From: Planctomycetota bacterium
GTDB lineage: Bacteria; Planctomycetota; UBA11346
Direction: 5' to 3'
Length of the DNA: 33,764 nucleotides
Assembly: GCA_031382605.1 (NCBI GenBank)
Contig: JANMYZ010000162.1
Location: forward strand, 1 to 33,764
The position numbers were made by a program, and so were the translations under genes. The first letter of the stretch is position 1, and each line of letters begins with the position of its first letter. This document shows positions 23,428-32,737 of the stretch, one piece after another. Under the pieces are notes generated by a model. The model was given only the letters and a program-made list of their open reading frames with translations. It was not told the DNA's origin and made no database searches.

Positions 23428-26304
23428 TTATAATTGGCGGTGTAACCAGAGAAACATGACGGAGAGCAGTAACATGACAGCCGTCGCGCCGAAACCGCAG
23501 CTACCTTCGCCGTTATCGGAGCTGCTCGACGGCGGTGTTGTCGGTGGCGTAATCGCCTGGGCCAGCACAACGAAGGCGATGTTGGTGACGTTCGTGCCAA
23601 GCGCATTGGTCGCAGAAATGGACGATATGCGATTTTCAATTTGGGTTGGAGTGCCAGTGATGAGTCCGGTGGCGGTGTTGACGCTTAATCCCGGTGGAAG
23701 ACTGGCAGCGTTGTAGCTCGTCGGTGAATTGCTGGCGACGATTTGATAGGTCATCCGGGTAAATTGATAAGCCGTTACGGTACCTGTCCCGCTGATCACC
23801 GGAGCGCCGATAACAGCAGCAGAGGCATTGATCGTCACGGATTGGGTGTCAGCGCCGACGGAATTGGTTGCTGTGACGGTGAAACTAAATGCGCCCACGC
23901 TCGGTGGCGTACCGGTGATCAGTCCCGTGTTCGCCGTAAAAGTAAGCCAGGAAGGCAGGCCGCTGACGGAATAGCTGGTGGGAAAATTCAGTGCCGTGAT
24001 GGCATAGGCCATCGCGTTACCGACGGTGGCGTTGTTGACTATGGTTGGGCTGGTGAGACTCGGAGCGGCAATGGGAGTCTCTGCGGTCATCGACGGCGGA
24101 AACACCGCACCGACCAATAATTGCGTACGAATCGTCGACGAATTGACCGTGCCCGCCACCAGGGTAATGACCGTGGTGCCTTCATTCGTGACCATGGCAG
24201 CGTTCACGCTGAGGTCAGCACGATCAGGGAAGGAGCTATTCACCGTGAGCCCAGCAAACATCAGGTTGATGGGCACATTGGTCGAGAGGCAGTTGAAAAA
24301 GTGGGAATGATGATTGCGGTAGTTGGTATTGTTTGCTGGGTTAGTGAGATCTATCCACGTCGGGTTCGCAGCCGTGATGACGGCCGCGCTGGATCCCTGG
24401 CGGCTGAAAACGCAGCCTTCGAGACTGATGCTAATGCCATCGACAAAGTCGGTCACGCCGCTGTCGGTATCGTCGAAGGTGCAGCCGACCATGTATAATT
24501 GGCCTTGAGCGAAAACCATCGGATGGCCGCCGTTATTCTTAAAATCACAATTGGTGAAGACCGCACTGTTGTGCGATTGCATCGATGCTGCGTAGACGGA
24601 ATTATTTTGAAAGAGACAGTTGATCCAAGCGTTTCCGGCGCTCGCGCGGTTGCCGCGTAAATCAAGAGCCCGTTGGCAGTCAACAAACTGACATTGGTAG
24701 AATACGTTTTTATCAAGGTAGGTGAGGGTCGGGGTGCTGTCATTCACCGTGCCACTTGGTGCACGCTGTTTAATGCCAGTCGGACAATTGAGAATATTGA
24801 GGAAATCAATGGAGTTATTGTCCCAGGCATAGATGTTTTCTAGCCAGATGCCGCTGTCAGCCATGTCGCGAATCGTGATATGCGAAAGAGTCATGCCCGT
24901 ATATTGAGCGCCGCTGGTGGTGTGATGAATGCCCGCGCGTCCACCTTGAAGCGTGAGATCCGCCAGAAGGATTTCATGGGCGCCACTTTGAGCACTACTA
25001 GCAATGAGGTCGATGCTGGTATTCATCGCGATAAGCACGGTGCGGTCCATGCCGGCGCCCACCAAGCCTTGGCGCGGGCCAATCGTCAATGGCCCGTCAA
25101 GATAGTAGATTCCTTGGCCAAGAACTGCGACGCCCTTGGTATTGATTTCGTTTTGAATCGTTGCGCGCGAAGACGTTTTACTCGCAAGATCGGTGTTCCA
25201 CGCTGGGCCAGCAGGATCGGGAATGGCCGTAAACGTTGGGCGTTCCCAAGCGGGATCGGTGCGCGCCGTGCTGATCGTGCGCATAAGCGCTGCTGCCGGC
25301 GTGGCAGCCAGCGGGGGAGTAATGGTCACGCCGTTCAAAAGTCGCGTCGTCGGGGTGCTTGATGTACTGAAAAGCTGAAAACGCTGAGCACTCGTGTTGG
25401 TTTCGTTAGATAAACTCATGTCGGGATTAAATTCGGTAATGACCGAGGTCGCATTGGCTGCGCGTTGAATCACCGTTGGCGCAACGATGGATCCCATTTC
25501 GTGGCCATGCAGCCACAGTGAGGTTGCCGCGTGATCAATAGATCGCCCGGTTCGCAGTAAACCAGAAGTGCCGAAAATTGACAAATCGTCAATCCGACTC
25601 GCTGTGAGGCCATTTTCCCCTGTCGAATAATACGATTCAAAATCCATGTAAATCACATTCATATCACGTTGATCAGCGATGTTCATAATTTCGCCGGTCG
25701 CGCCCAAAGAATTCATCCAAACAAATACGTTGCCGTGACTGTTTGCCCGCGACGCAGTGCGACCAAGAATCGTGAGCATAGGTGATGACGAGTGATTTAA
25801 GCAACGTATAATACGATTTCCGCTCCAATATCCCGATGATGAATGGTCGACCGACAAGCGACTGAAACTAACATCAAGAAATAGATTTCGTTCCAGTGTC
25901 GCGCCAATGATTTGAATGTTGGAATACGTGATGTGCCGAAAAACGTTTTGAGACGTTACGAGAGTGGAGGCAGGGAATATAAGCCGACCGTGGAGAGCGC
26001 TGAGAATCGCAGCTGTCGTACCTGGCGCGACGATCATCGTCGGCATGTCGTTACCGAGGCCAAAAATGCGATTGCCACTACGGACCGTCAGGGTGGTAAG
26101 AGAATTTCCGTACAGGTAATCGCCTTTTTCAAGTCGGATTGCGCCGTGAAAATCCAATCTTGTTTGTAGATTCGCACGGTCTGCAACCGTCACCAAAAAT
26201 GCTTCTTGGGGATAGAAACGATTATGAGGAACTTCTACCCCTACGACGCTTCCTGTGGTGAGGGAAAAGAGTGCGGCCAACAGGATTGCGCGTAGAGATC
26301 TCAT
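23428..26304 (-). CDS. secreted two-lobed right-handed beta-helix protein with two He_PIG Ig-like repeats and a C-terminal sorting-signal-like tail
   Basis: 958 aa. The signal peptide is MRSLRAILLAALFSLTTGSVVG. PbH1-like repeats are present (NVFYQCQFVDC..., AWINCLFQNNS..., AVFTNCDFKNNGG..., MVGCTFDD..., LEGCVFS...). The He_PIG repeats lie at ~23554-24063 (LPSWLTFTANTGLITGTP, LPPGLSVNTATGLITGTP). The tail at 23428-23553 reads PPTTPPSSSSDNGEGSCGFGATAVMLLLSVMFLWLHRQL. Confidence 0.8.
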   Translation of the reverse strand: MRSLRAILLAALFSLTTGSVVGVEVPHNRFYPQEAFLVTVADRANLQTRLDFHGAIRLEKGDYLYGNSLTTLTVRSGNRIFGLGNDMPTMIVAPGTTAAILSALHGRLIFPASTLVTSQNVFRHITYSNIQIIGATLERNLFLDVSFSRLSVDHSSSGYWSGNRIIRCLNHSSSPMLTILGRTASRANSHGNVFVWMNSLGATGEIMNIADQRDMNVIYMDFESYYSTGENGLTASRIDDLSIFGTSGLLRTGRSIDHAATSLWLHGHEMGSIVAPTVIQRAANATSVITEFNPDMSLSNETNTSAQRFQLFSTSSTPTTRLLNGVTITPPLAATPAAALMRTISTARTDPAWERPTFTAIPDPAGPAWNTDLASKTSSRATIQNEINTKGVAVLGQGIYYLDGPLTIGPRQGLVGAGMDRTVLIAMNTSIDLIASSAQSGAHEILLADLTLQGGRAGIHHTTSGAQYTGMTLSHITIRDMADSGIWLENIYAWDNNSIDFLNILNCPTGIKQRAPSGTVNDSTPTLTYLDKNVFYQCQFVDCQRALDLRGNRASAGNAWINCLFQNNSVYAASMQSHNSAVFTNCDFKNNGGHPMVFAQGQLYMVGCTFDDTDSGVTDFVDGISISLEGCVFSRQGSSAAVITAANPTWIDLTNPANNTNYRNHHSHFFNCLSTNVPINLMFAGLTVNSSFPDRADLSVNAAMVTNEGTTVITLVAGTVNSSTIRTQLLVGAVFPPSMTAETPIAAPSLTSPTIVNNATVGNAMAYAITALNFPTSYSVSGLPSWLTFTANTGLITGTPPSVGAFSFTVTATNSVGADTQSVTINASAAVIGAPVISGTGTVTAYQFTRMTYQIVASNSPTSYNAASLPPGLSVNTATGLITGTPTQIENRISSISATNALGTNVTNIAFVVLAQAITPPTTPPSSSSDNGEGSCGFGATAVMLLLSVMFLWLHRQL

Positions 26305-28595
26305 GGAGATTTCCTCTTTGACGTAGGTGGTTGATAGCCGCTGCTGAGTAACGAAGGGAATTGACTGCCACGCAAGAATTTGGGCTGGGGGTCCGGCACG
26401 CCGGGTAAAATGGCGGTCGTTTTACCGGCGATCATAATGGAGGCCTTGGCATTGAGCGCTTTGTCGAAAGTAAACGAGCTATTGAAGATCACTGCGTTTC
26501 GTATCGCCCCTACGGGAACGGCAAACGTGCAGTTGGTCAGGTAACAATTGCGAGCATCGAAATTGCGCTGGTTATCGGGGTGAGCAGAAGCAGCGATCCA
26601 AACGGGTTTTCCCGATTGCAGAACGGTCGTGGAGGTTTCTGAACGACGGAAAGTGCAGCCTTCAGCCGTGAGAGCATAGCAATCAATGAAATCAACAGCA
26701 TTGGCGGTATTCGACTCAAACTGGCAACTGAGCAAATAGACACGTCCACCGGAAGAGACGGTTGGCGCTCCATTATTATCGATGAAATCACAATTGGCGA
26801 ACATCGTTAGGGAATGATTCTCTAACTTAGCAGCATGCACTTGGCTATTTTTAAATAAGCAATTCACCCAAGCGTTATTTGCGCTGTTGCGATAGGATTT
26901 GAGTTCTAGCGCCTTGCCGCAGTTGATGAACTGACATTGGTAGAATAAGTTTTTGTCCATGTAACAGAGCACCGGGTCATTGTCAGAACCAAAGTGGTCA
27001 GCTACCTGTCGGAAGCCATGGGCGCAGTCGACTATGGCAACATAGTCAATGAAATTGTTGTCCCAGCCATAAATGTTTTCGTATTTGATGCCTGAATCGG
27101 CCATGGAACGAATGGTCACATGACTGAGGGTAACGTCGGTAAACTGCAATTTGGGGCCAGCGGTCCAGCGGTGATAGATTCCATTACGCCCGCCTTGCAG
27201 CGTGATGTCGCACAGCACCATTTCGGCCGTGCCATCACTGACAATCAGGTCGATTTCTGCGGATTTAGCAATCAGCACGGTGCGATCCATGCCAGCGCCA
27301 ATCAGACCTTTCCCTTTTCCGAGCTTTAAGGGTTTGTCGAGGTAGTAAGTTCCTGGCCCAAGCAAGACCATGCCTTTTTTATCAAGCTGATCCTGTAAGA
27401 GATCAGAAGACGAAGGTTTTCCTTCAAGCCCAACGCGCCATTTCGGGCCAGCCGGATCGGGCGGTGATTCGAACAGTGGCCGCTCCCAGGGCTTTCCGGC
27501 AGATGAGTCGCAGACCATCCGAGTGATTTCTTTTGCTTGTAGCGCGGTCGGTTGTTCAGCGAGTGGCGCACCATTTAAAATAACCGACTTATCGAAAGGG
27601 TCTCCAGAAAAAATTTGCAGGCGTAAATCGTCTTTTGTTTTGACGCGCTCGTCGCTGACCGATTGAGTGGATCCGCTGTCAACCATGATGGCGCTCGCGG
27701 TCTTTTTTCCGACGAAAACAGTGGGCGGCACGATGGCGCCCATCTGATGGCCCTGCATGTATAAGCGATCTGGCTCTACATCGAGCGTCCGTCCGTGATT
27801 CAGTAATCCGCCGCTGCCAACAATAGTGAGATCGCCAGTGTCTCGCACTCGAATCCCGGCATCAACATTCCCAGAATAGGCTTCGCAATCGAGGAACAGT
27901 AGTGAGAGGTCGCTCAGGCCGCTGACATCCATCGCTCGACCTTGTGGGTCGAGAAGATTTATCCACAGAAAGACATTGCCGCCGGAGCGTCGATCGGTGC
28001 TGCTTTTCCAGTCGATGGCGGGATTTCCACCATGAGAGAGAAACTTGATGATGCGATTATTGCGCAGCCGTCCACTGGTCGTGGTGTCAACTTTCCAGGA
28101 TTGGTAGGATGCATTGAGGAAAAGATTGTCCTCTAAAGTTGCGCCATTGACGATTACGTGGGAATAGGTCACGCGAGTAAAGAGATTGCGACGAGTTGGC
28201 AGGTCTGACGGAGGAAAGGTCAAGGTGGTGTGTACGCTGCTCAAAACGATGCCTTCACTTCCCGGCGCAATAACCGTTGGTGGCAGATTGTTGCTGAGTC
28301 CGTACAGGCGGTGACCGCTGCGTAGATGGAGGGTGATATTATTGCCGTGGGAGTAGTCGCCGGGTTCCAGACGAATCACACCGTACTGATCAAGATATTG
28401 TTGGAGTCGTCCTTTTTCAGCTAATGGGACAACCGTGGCTTCGGTAGGATAAGCGCGATTAAAAGGAACTTCGACAGCGATCACTTGGTGAGATAATGCC
28501 GTCAATCCGGTAAGCGAAACGCCAATGAGCGCAGAGACGAGAGAGGGGAGAGAGATGAGAAAGGGGAGAGAGAAACACGACTTGGTTACGCGCAT
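26301..28595 (-). CDS. secreted two-lobed right-handed beta-helix protein (paralog of 23428..26304, no Ig repeats or anchor)
   Basis: I trimmed the start to the ATG at 28593-28595 (MRVTKSCFSLPFLISLPSLVSALIG... signal-like). The protein is colinear with the downstream paralog. Examples are VEVPFNRAYP vs VEVPHNRFYP, GLIGAGMDRTVLIA vs GLVGAGMDRTVLIA, TLSHVTIRSMADSGI vs TLSHITIRDMADSGI, and NLFYQCQFINC vs NVFYQCQFVDC. Its stop overlaps the paralog start in an ATGA arrangement at 26301-26304. Confidence 0.8.
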   Translation of the reverse strand: MRVTKSCFSLPFLISLPSLVSALIGVSLTGLTALSHQVIAVEVPFNRAYPTEATVVPLAEKGRLQQYLDQYGVIRLEPGDYSHGNNITLHLRSGHRLYGLSNNLPPTVIAPGSEGIVLSSVHTTLTFPPSDLPTRRNLFTRVTYSHVIVNGATLEDNLFLNASYQSWKVDTTTSGRLRNNRIIKFLSHGGNPAIDWKSSTDRRSGGNVFLWINLLDPQGRAMDVSGLSDLSLLFLDCEAYSGNVDAGIRVRDTGDLTIVGSGGLLNHGRTLDVEPDRLYMQGHQMGAIVPPTVFVGKKTASAIMVDSGSTQSVSDERVKTKDDLRLQIFSGDPFDKSVILNGAPLAEQPTALQAKEITRMVCDSSAGKPWERPLFESPPDPAGPKWRVGLEGKPSSSDLLQDQLDKKGMVLLGPGTYYLDKPLKLGKGKGLIGAGMDRTVLIAKSAEIDLIVSDGTAEMVLCDITLQGGRNGIYHRWTAGPKLQFTDVTLSHVTIRSMADSGIKYENIYGWDNNFIDYVAIVDCAHGFRQVADHFGSDNDPVLCYMDKNLFYQCQFINCGKALELKSYRNSANNAWVNCLFKNSQVHAAKLENHSLTMFANCDFIDNNGAPTVSSGGRVYLLSCQFESNTANAVDFIDCYALTAEGCTFRRSETSTTVLQSGKPVWIAASAHPDNQRNFDARNCYLTNCTFAVPVGAIRNAVIFNSSFTFDKALNAKASIMIAGKTTAILPGVPDPQPKFLRGSQFPSLLSSGYQPPTSKRKSP

Positions 28596-28603
28596 GATGT
28601 TTC

Positions 28604-29440
28604 TCAATTCGTTTTCGCGGTGGGTAACAATATCCGCTGTACGCGTCCGAGCGCACGACGGATCAGGGTCGTCAATTGTTTCATGACGCGATGCGGTCCA
28701 GTGATGAGGCGCCACACATAGTGACGAAGCCATTGCCCGGTGGTGAACTCACGGCGAAAGCGTTGTATAAATATAAGCATTTCTCTCCGCCCCTGATCGC
28801 CATTACTAGCGGTCTTGCATTCAGGGTGAAGGACAAAGTTACCCCACGTTTCGTTCGTGTAGCAGATCTTCGCCACCCGTGACATGCGCAGAATAAATTC
28901 CAGATCCATGGTGTAGCGCAAGGTGGTGTCGTAAGGGCCTACGAGTTCATGCAGGCGACGATCGTAGAAATAGGCCGAAGGGTTCGATGGAAAGGGAAAG
29001 AGTGGAGATTGCAGCATCAAATGCTCAAACGTCAGCGTATGAGGTTTGTTGATCGCCAGGATTTTTCCATCAAGCGAGCGCAGGTTGCAATTGCCGACGA
29101 AAAAATGCAGATCGGGGGCGGTTTTGAGTTGGTTCATGACGTGAGCGATGGTTTCTGGCTCAAAGAAATCGTCGACGTTCAGAAAGGTTATGCTGCGGTG
29201 TTTGGCTAAAGTGAGGCCCTTATTCATGGCATCTGATTGACCGCGATCAGGTTCGCTAACCACCCGCAGATGAGGAAAGCGTTCTCGGTATTCGTCTATG
29301 ATGGCGAGGGTGCGATCTCGTGATGCACCATCGACGATGAGGTGCTCGATTTCCATCGTGCCGATTTGTTGAGCGACAGATTCGATGCAGCGAGCGATGA
29401 ATTTCTCGCTATTAAAACATGGCGTAATGATCGTTAGCAT
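28604..29440 (-). CDS. family 2 glycosyltransferase (GT-A fold)
   Basis: The N-terminus MLTIITPCFNSEKFIARCIESVAQQ is followed by LIVDGASRDRT and a DxD-like FLNVDDFF, which is the typical GT2 layout. Confidence 0.85.
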   Translation of the reverse strand: MLTIITPCFNSEKFIARCIESVAQQIGTMEIEHLIVDGASRDRTLAIIDEYRERFPHLRVVSEPDRGQSDAMNKGLTLAKHRSITFLNVDDFFEPETIAHVMNQLKTAPDLHFFVGNCNLRSLDGKILAINKPHTLTFEHLMLQSPLFPFPSNPSAYFYDRRLHELVGPYDTTLRYTMDLEFILRMSRVAKICYTNETWGNFVLHPECKTASNGDQGRREMLIFIQRFRREFTTGQWLRHYVWRLITGPHRVMKQLTTLIRRALGRVQRILLPTAKTN

Positions 29441-30345
29441 CCCAAACGCTTTCTGACTTTACGGATCATTTTACTCATCTGGTTAATGCCAAGGGCATGG
29501 CGTAGTCCATGGACTGCCGCGTGGCGATTCCATTGGTTGCGATCACGAAACGTATCAAGCAATACATCGATTTGTTTGCTGCCATCGGGCCAATCACCAG
29601 AGTAATGGAGATGACTGATACGTTGGCGTTTACCGGCATTGAGCGCGTGAATCAACGCCAATGGATTTGCGTAGTCACCAGCCCAGGAACTACCCCAGCC
29701 ATCTGGCGCTTTGCAGAGATTGCGTATCCGCCAGCCACCGATGAGTGCGGCGAGATGAAGCAGGGTTTGGTCGTGCGGCATGACGATCTCGGGATGTGCC
29801 TGCATCCAATCGAGCGCCTGTACGATGTCGGTTAATAAACGGGGATCACGTCGGCACAGAAAATGCCCAGCGGTGATCGCTTGTTCGAGTGCTTGTGGGC
29901 CAAATGCGGAAGTAATTTTATCTGGTTGTTTGTAATTGAAGACACCCTTGGTGGTATATTCTTCGTCGGCATGGACGATATCTGGAGTCGGGGTTTCTGA
30001 AAAGCGATCGAAAAGCTCGCTCCAGTCCATCAGCGCGACAATGTCATTATCGCTGTATAAAAACGAGTCCCAATCACTAAAAAAAGCAAGATAGCGCAGG
30101 ACGAATCCGCGCGGACAGGACAGCCCTTTGGTGAGTTTTTCGACCAGCGCGCGGCCCTCGGCAGGAAATGATGATTCAGGCGTGACTTCAACCTGCGACA
30201 ACACTGCCGGTGATGTGATGGGATCGCCGCCATAGGGAATTAATCGGATAGGCAGGCGACAGCCTGTTTTACGAATCGAGTAGATAAGATTTTCGCAATG
30301 ACTCTGACTGCGAAGATTTGCTACTACATAGATGCCGTGCGTCAT
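29434..30345 (-). CDS. putative GT8-like nucleotide-sugar glycosyltransferase
   Basis: The protein has a DxD-type motif (FLYSDNDIVAL) and a distal H-x-x-G motif (HLHYSGDWP), resembling GT8 YLDxDxxV / H(F/Y)xGxxKPW. The call rests on motifs only. Confidence 0.5.
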   Translation of the reverse strand: MTHGIYVVANLRSQSHCENLIYSIRKTGCRLPIRLIPYGGDPITSPAVLSQVEVTPESSFPAEGRALVEKLTKGLSCPRGFVLRYLAFFSDWDSFLYSDNDIVALMDWSELFDRFSETPTPDIVHADEEYTTKGVFNYKQPDKITSAFGPQALEQAITAGHFLCRRDPRLLTDIVQALDWMQAHPEIVMPHDQTLLHLAALIGGWRIRNLCKAPDGWGSSWAGDYANPLALIHALNAGKRQRISHLHYSGDWPDGSKQIDVLLDTFRDRNQWNRHAAVHGLRHALGINQMSKMIRKVRKRLGC

Positions 30346-31232
30346 GTCCTCTCCGCTGGTTTCGTAAATTGTTTGATGAGAAAAGGTATGCCTTTGAGGT
30401 ACATGACGTGCCGTACTGGTCCGGTGAAATGGCGTACGGCTATGTGTCGGTAATCGACATCGCGCTCAAAAACGAATTGTCGGTCGAGCGAGACCACATA
30501 ATCATCGTGTTTGAGCGGCTCGCCTTTGGCGACCGACATCATCAAGGCAACCAGGGTCTGCTCGCTAAACCAACTTTGGCCGAGCTGTTCCCAGCCAGTA
30601 AAGCGCTCAAGGAATGTTTCTAGCGCTGCAAGACTGAGACAATTTTTAGGTAGGACGATCAATCCTGAATTGACCTGATCGGGTAGCGAAAGGTGTTGTT
30701 CGTTAACAGCGGCAACAACGGCTGGACCATAGTTACTGCCGTAACGATCAAGCATATAGAGTGGCTTATCGCCACCGAGTCCGTCGATCAATTGTGCGGG
30801 GCGGTTAAAAGCGAGAATGTCGGAATCACTATAGATCGACGGCCCATCTTGGCTGAGTGCAGCGACGAGTGCAGCCTTGCCACCGAGCGGAAAAGCCGTG
30901 ATGAGCTTGCGGAGTTGCGGCCCAAGATCTTGGCGCTGACCAAGCCACGGACGTAGTTCGTGTACGTGAATGCCAGGAAAATGATTCTCGAAAAGACCAC
31001 GATGCTCTTCCGTAACGACGCCATCAACAAAGAGGCGTGGTGTCACTTTCCCTTCTAATACGCGCATCCAGCTCCACAGCGACCAGACGGCGTCATCCAT
31101 ACATTTGGGAACCGTCAGGACATTGATGGTTGCCTGGGTGCCATAGGAAAATGATCGCCGCACCTGCGCGTGTTGGGCGAGCGCTGGATAGGAACGTGAA
31201 CGTTCGTAGCGCCAAAAAAGCTTAGAAATCAT
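30342..31232 (-). CDS. putative GT8-like nucleotide-sugar glycosyltransferase (distant paralog of 29434..30345)
   Basis: The protein has a DxD-type motif (SIYSDSDILAF) and a distal motif (RHFTGPVRH). ATGA overlaps occur at both ends (30342-30345 and 31229-31232). Confidence 0.5.
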   Translation of the reverse strand: MISKLFWRYERSRSYPALAQHAQVRRSFSYGTQATINVLTVPKCMDDAVWSLWSWMRVLEGKVTPRLFVDGVVTEEHRGLFENHFPGIHVHELRPWLGQRQDLGPQLRKLITAFPLGGKAALVAALSQDGPSIYSDSDILAFNRPAQLIDGLGGDKPLYMLDRYGSNYGPAVVAAVNEQHLSLPDQVNSGLIVLPKNCLSLAALETFLERFTGWEQLGQSWFSEQTLVALMMSVAKGEPLKHDDYVVSLDRQFVFERDVDYRHIAVRHFTGPVRHVMYLKGIPFLIKQFTKPAERT

Positions 31233-32497
31233 TGACGTATCCGTTTGAGACCGAGGACTAAGAAGAAGAGGTTAATCCCAATAAAAGGAATGTGCGGCAC
31301 GATCGCAAACGTCAGCATGCCGCGCAGGGTGTGCAGATCGAGAACGAGAATGAAGGCCGCCTGTGAACAAATGGTGCTGACAATAAACAGCCATGAGTGA
31401 CGCAACCAAGCACGCGCCGAATTAATTAAAAAAAGCGATCCTGACACTGCGCCAACTCCGATGAGGGCAAGCATCACAGGGATATCCGCTTCGACATTGG
31501 CATATTGTTTTCCCAGTAGCCACACCAATTCGCCGCTAAGAAAGTAGGCGGTTATCAGCGCACAAAGCACGATGACGTAGTAGCTAGAGAGGAGTGCGAC
31601 AATCATCTGGGTTAGGCGTTTGGGATCCTGACAACGTCCAATACGAGGCATGAAAAAGCCACCCAGGACATCAAAGAAAAATGAAAAGATAACTCCTAAG
31701 CGACCGATGGCTGCGTATTCAGCAATATTTTGCACCGATCCGAGCCAGGACATCAATAAAAAAGGAACTTGGTCTTGTACGGAGCTATAAGCCGCATTCG
31801 GCAGTTGAGGAATAACCGTGCGCTTGGCTTCGCTCCAATCATCTGGAAGCATCTCGGCGCGGTTCTTTTGCAGCACGAATCGGTGTACCCAACGATCGAG
31901 TATCGCGATGCTCCAAGCGCTAATGGCCAAGTTAATGCTAAAAAAAGTGACGACGTTAAGCAGGTCAACGGCGTAAAAAAAACCAATCAGAGCCAAACGG
32001 ACACAGATGGCGATGAGTTCGAGGACTTGCAGATCACGCAGTCGCAACGCGATCATCAGCATCTCACGGCACAGCGTGCCATGGGCGTGCAAAACCAGCA
32101 TGATCAGGCCAAGTGCTGTTAGGCAGGCAATGATGAGGGGATTACCCACTTCCATCGTCTGACATTGCCACGGTAGCAACACGGCAAGAATAATGAATCC
32201 GGCCGCAACGAGTCGATTCTGTACCTTTTTTCCGGCAGCATAAATCGAGGACATCCGCAGTGGATCGTTGACATGTTTACCGCCGACGGACGAGACAAAC
32301 ATGCCGACGCCGCAGACGGCGATGTTGGCTATCGCGATGACGACGGCGAACAGTAGCGCATAGATTCCATAGTCCCATTTGCTGATGAGATGGATCACCA
32401 ACAATCCCTGAATGACTCCGAGTGCCTTGGCGATTCCCTGAAGGAAGACGAACTCAATGAAGCGTCCGACCTGCTGCCTGTTCGGCATCAAACTCAT
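31229..32497 (-). CDS. polytopic membrane protein, Wzx-like polysaccharide flippase (MOP superfamily)
   Basis: The 422-aa protein is hydrophobic throughout, with roughly 10-12 helices by eye. It sits between a priming transferase and glycosyltransferases. An O-antigen polymerase-type function cannot be excluded. Confidence 0.5.
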   Translation of the reverse strand: MSLMPNRQQVGRFIEFVFLQGIAKALGVIQGLLVIHLISKWDYGIYALLFAVVIAIANIAVCGVGMFVSSVGGKHVNDPLRMSSIYAAGKKVQNRLVAAGFIILAVLLPWQCQTMEVGNPLIIACLTALGLIMLVLHAHGTLCREMLMIALRLRDLQVLELIAICVRLALIGFFYAVDLLNVVTFFSINLAISAWSIAILDRWVHRFVLQKNRAEMLPDDWSEAKRTVIPQLPNAAYSSVQDQVPFLLMSWLGSVQNIAEYAAIGRLGVIFSFFFDVLGGFFMPRIGRCQDPKRLTQMIVALLSSYYVIVLCALITAYFLSGELVWLLGKQYANVEADIPVMLALIGVGAVSGSLFLINSARAWLRHSWLFIVSTICSQAAFILVLDLHTLRGMLTFAIVPHIPFIGINLFFLVLGLKRIRQ

Positions 32498-32572
32498 GCG
32501 ATCTCGTTAAGGGCAGCTAACACAGGTCGGCGTAGCCGGAACCAAAGCGAAGACAACGACAGGAGAAGTGCT

Positions 32573-32637
32573 AACCACAGAGGACACAGAGGGAAATCGA
32601 AAGGTCTTTCTCTGTGCCCTCTGTGTCCTCTGTGGTT
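32573..32637. repeat. perfect palindromic (REP-like) element in the transferase-flippase spacer
   Basis: The 21-bp arms are aaccacagaggacacagaggg (32573-32593) and ccctctgtgtcctctgtggtt (32617-32637), separated by a 23-nt loop. The arms contain the internal direct repeat cacagagg. Confidence 0.85.
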
Positions 32638-32737
32638 TAGCCCTTCCCCTGCTTTCTTTACTTTCGTACGTGTAGCGATTTCTTCGGAAAGCACGGAGAA
32701 ATAGAACCTTAGTAGTATATTGGTAATCACGTCAGGC

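Noticed and set aside
7515-23430. att-site direct repeat of the tRNA-Glu 3' end at the far border of the cluster.
   Set aside because: Only a trivial ttcgaa match (near 23390) was seen by eye, and no integrase gene is present. The island hypothesis is therefore kept only as a composition and border observation.
23181-23639. 152-aa minus-strand ORF spanning the beta-helix gene end and the spacer.
   Set aside because: It is out of frame with the real gene end, has implausible Arg/Cys-rich composition and shows no homology signal, unlike the He_PIG relic frame.
28596-28733. Upstream extension of the second beta-helix ORF (MASSLCVAPHHW...).
   Set aside because: It overlaps the GT2 gene end. The internal Met gives a signal-peptide-like N-terminus that aligns with the paralog.
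5281-32637. Possible CRISPR array among the repeats (18-bp tandems at 5281 and 21283, palindromes at 569 and 32573).
   Set aside because: Each has only two copies or is a single palindrome. There is no repeat-spacer periodicity, and no cas-like genes are present.
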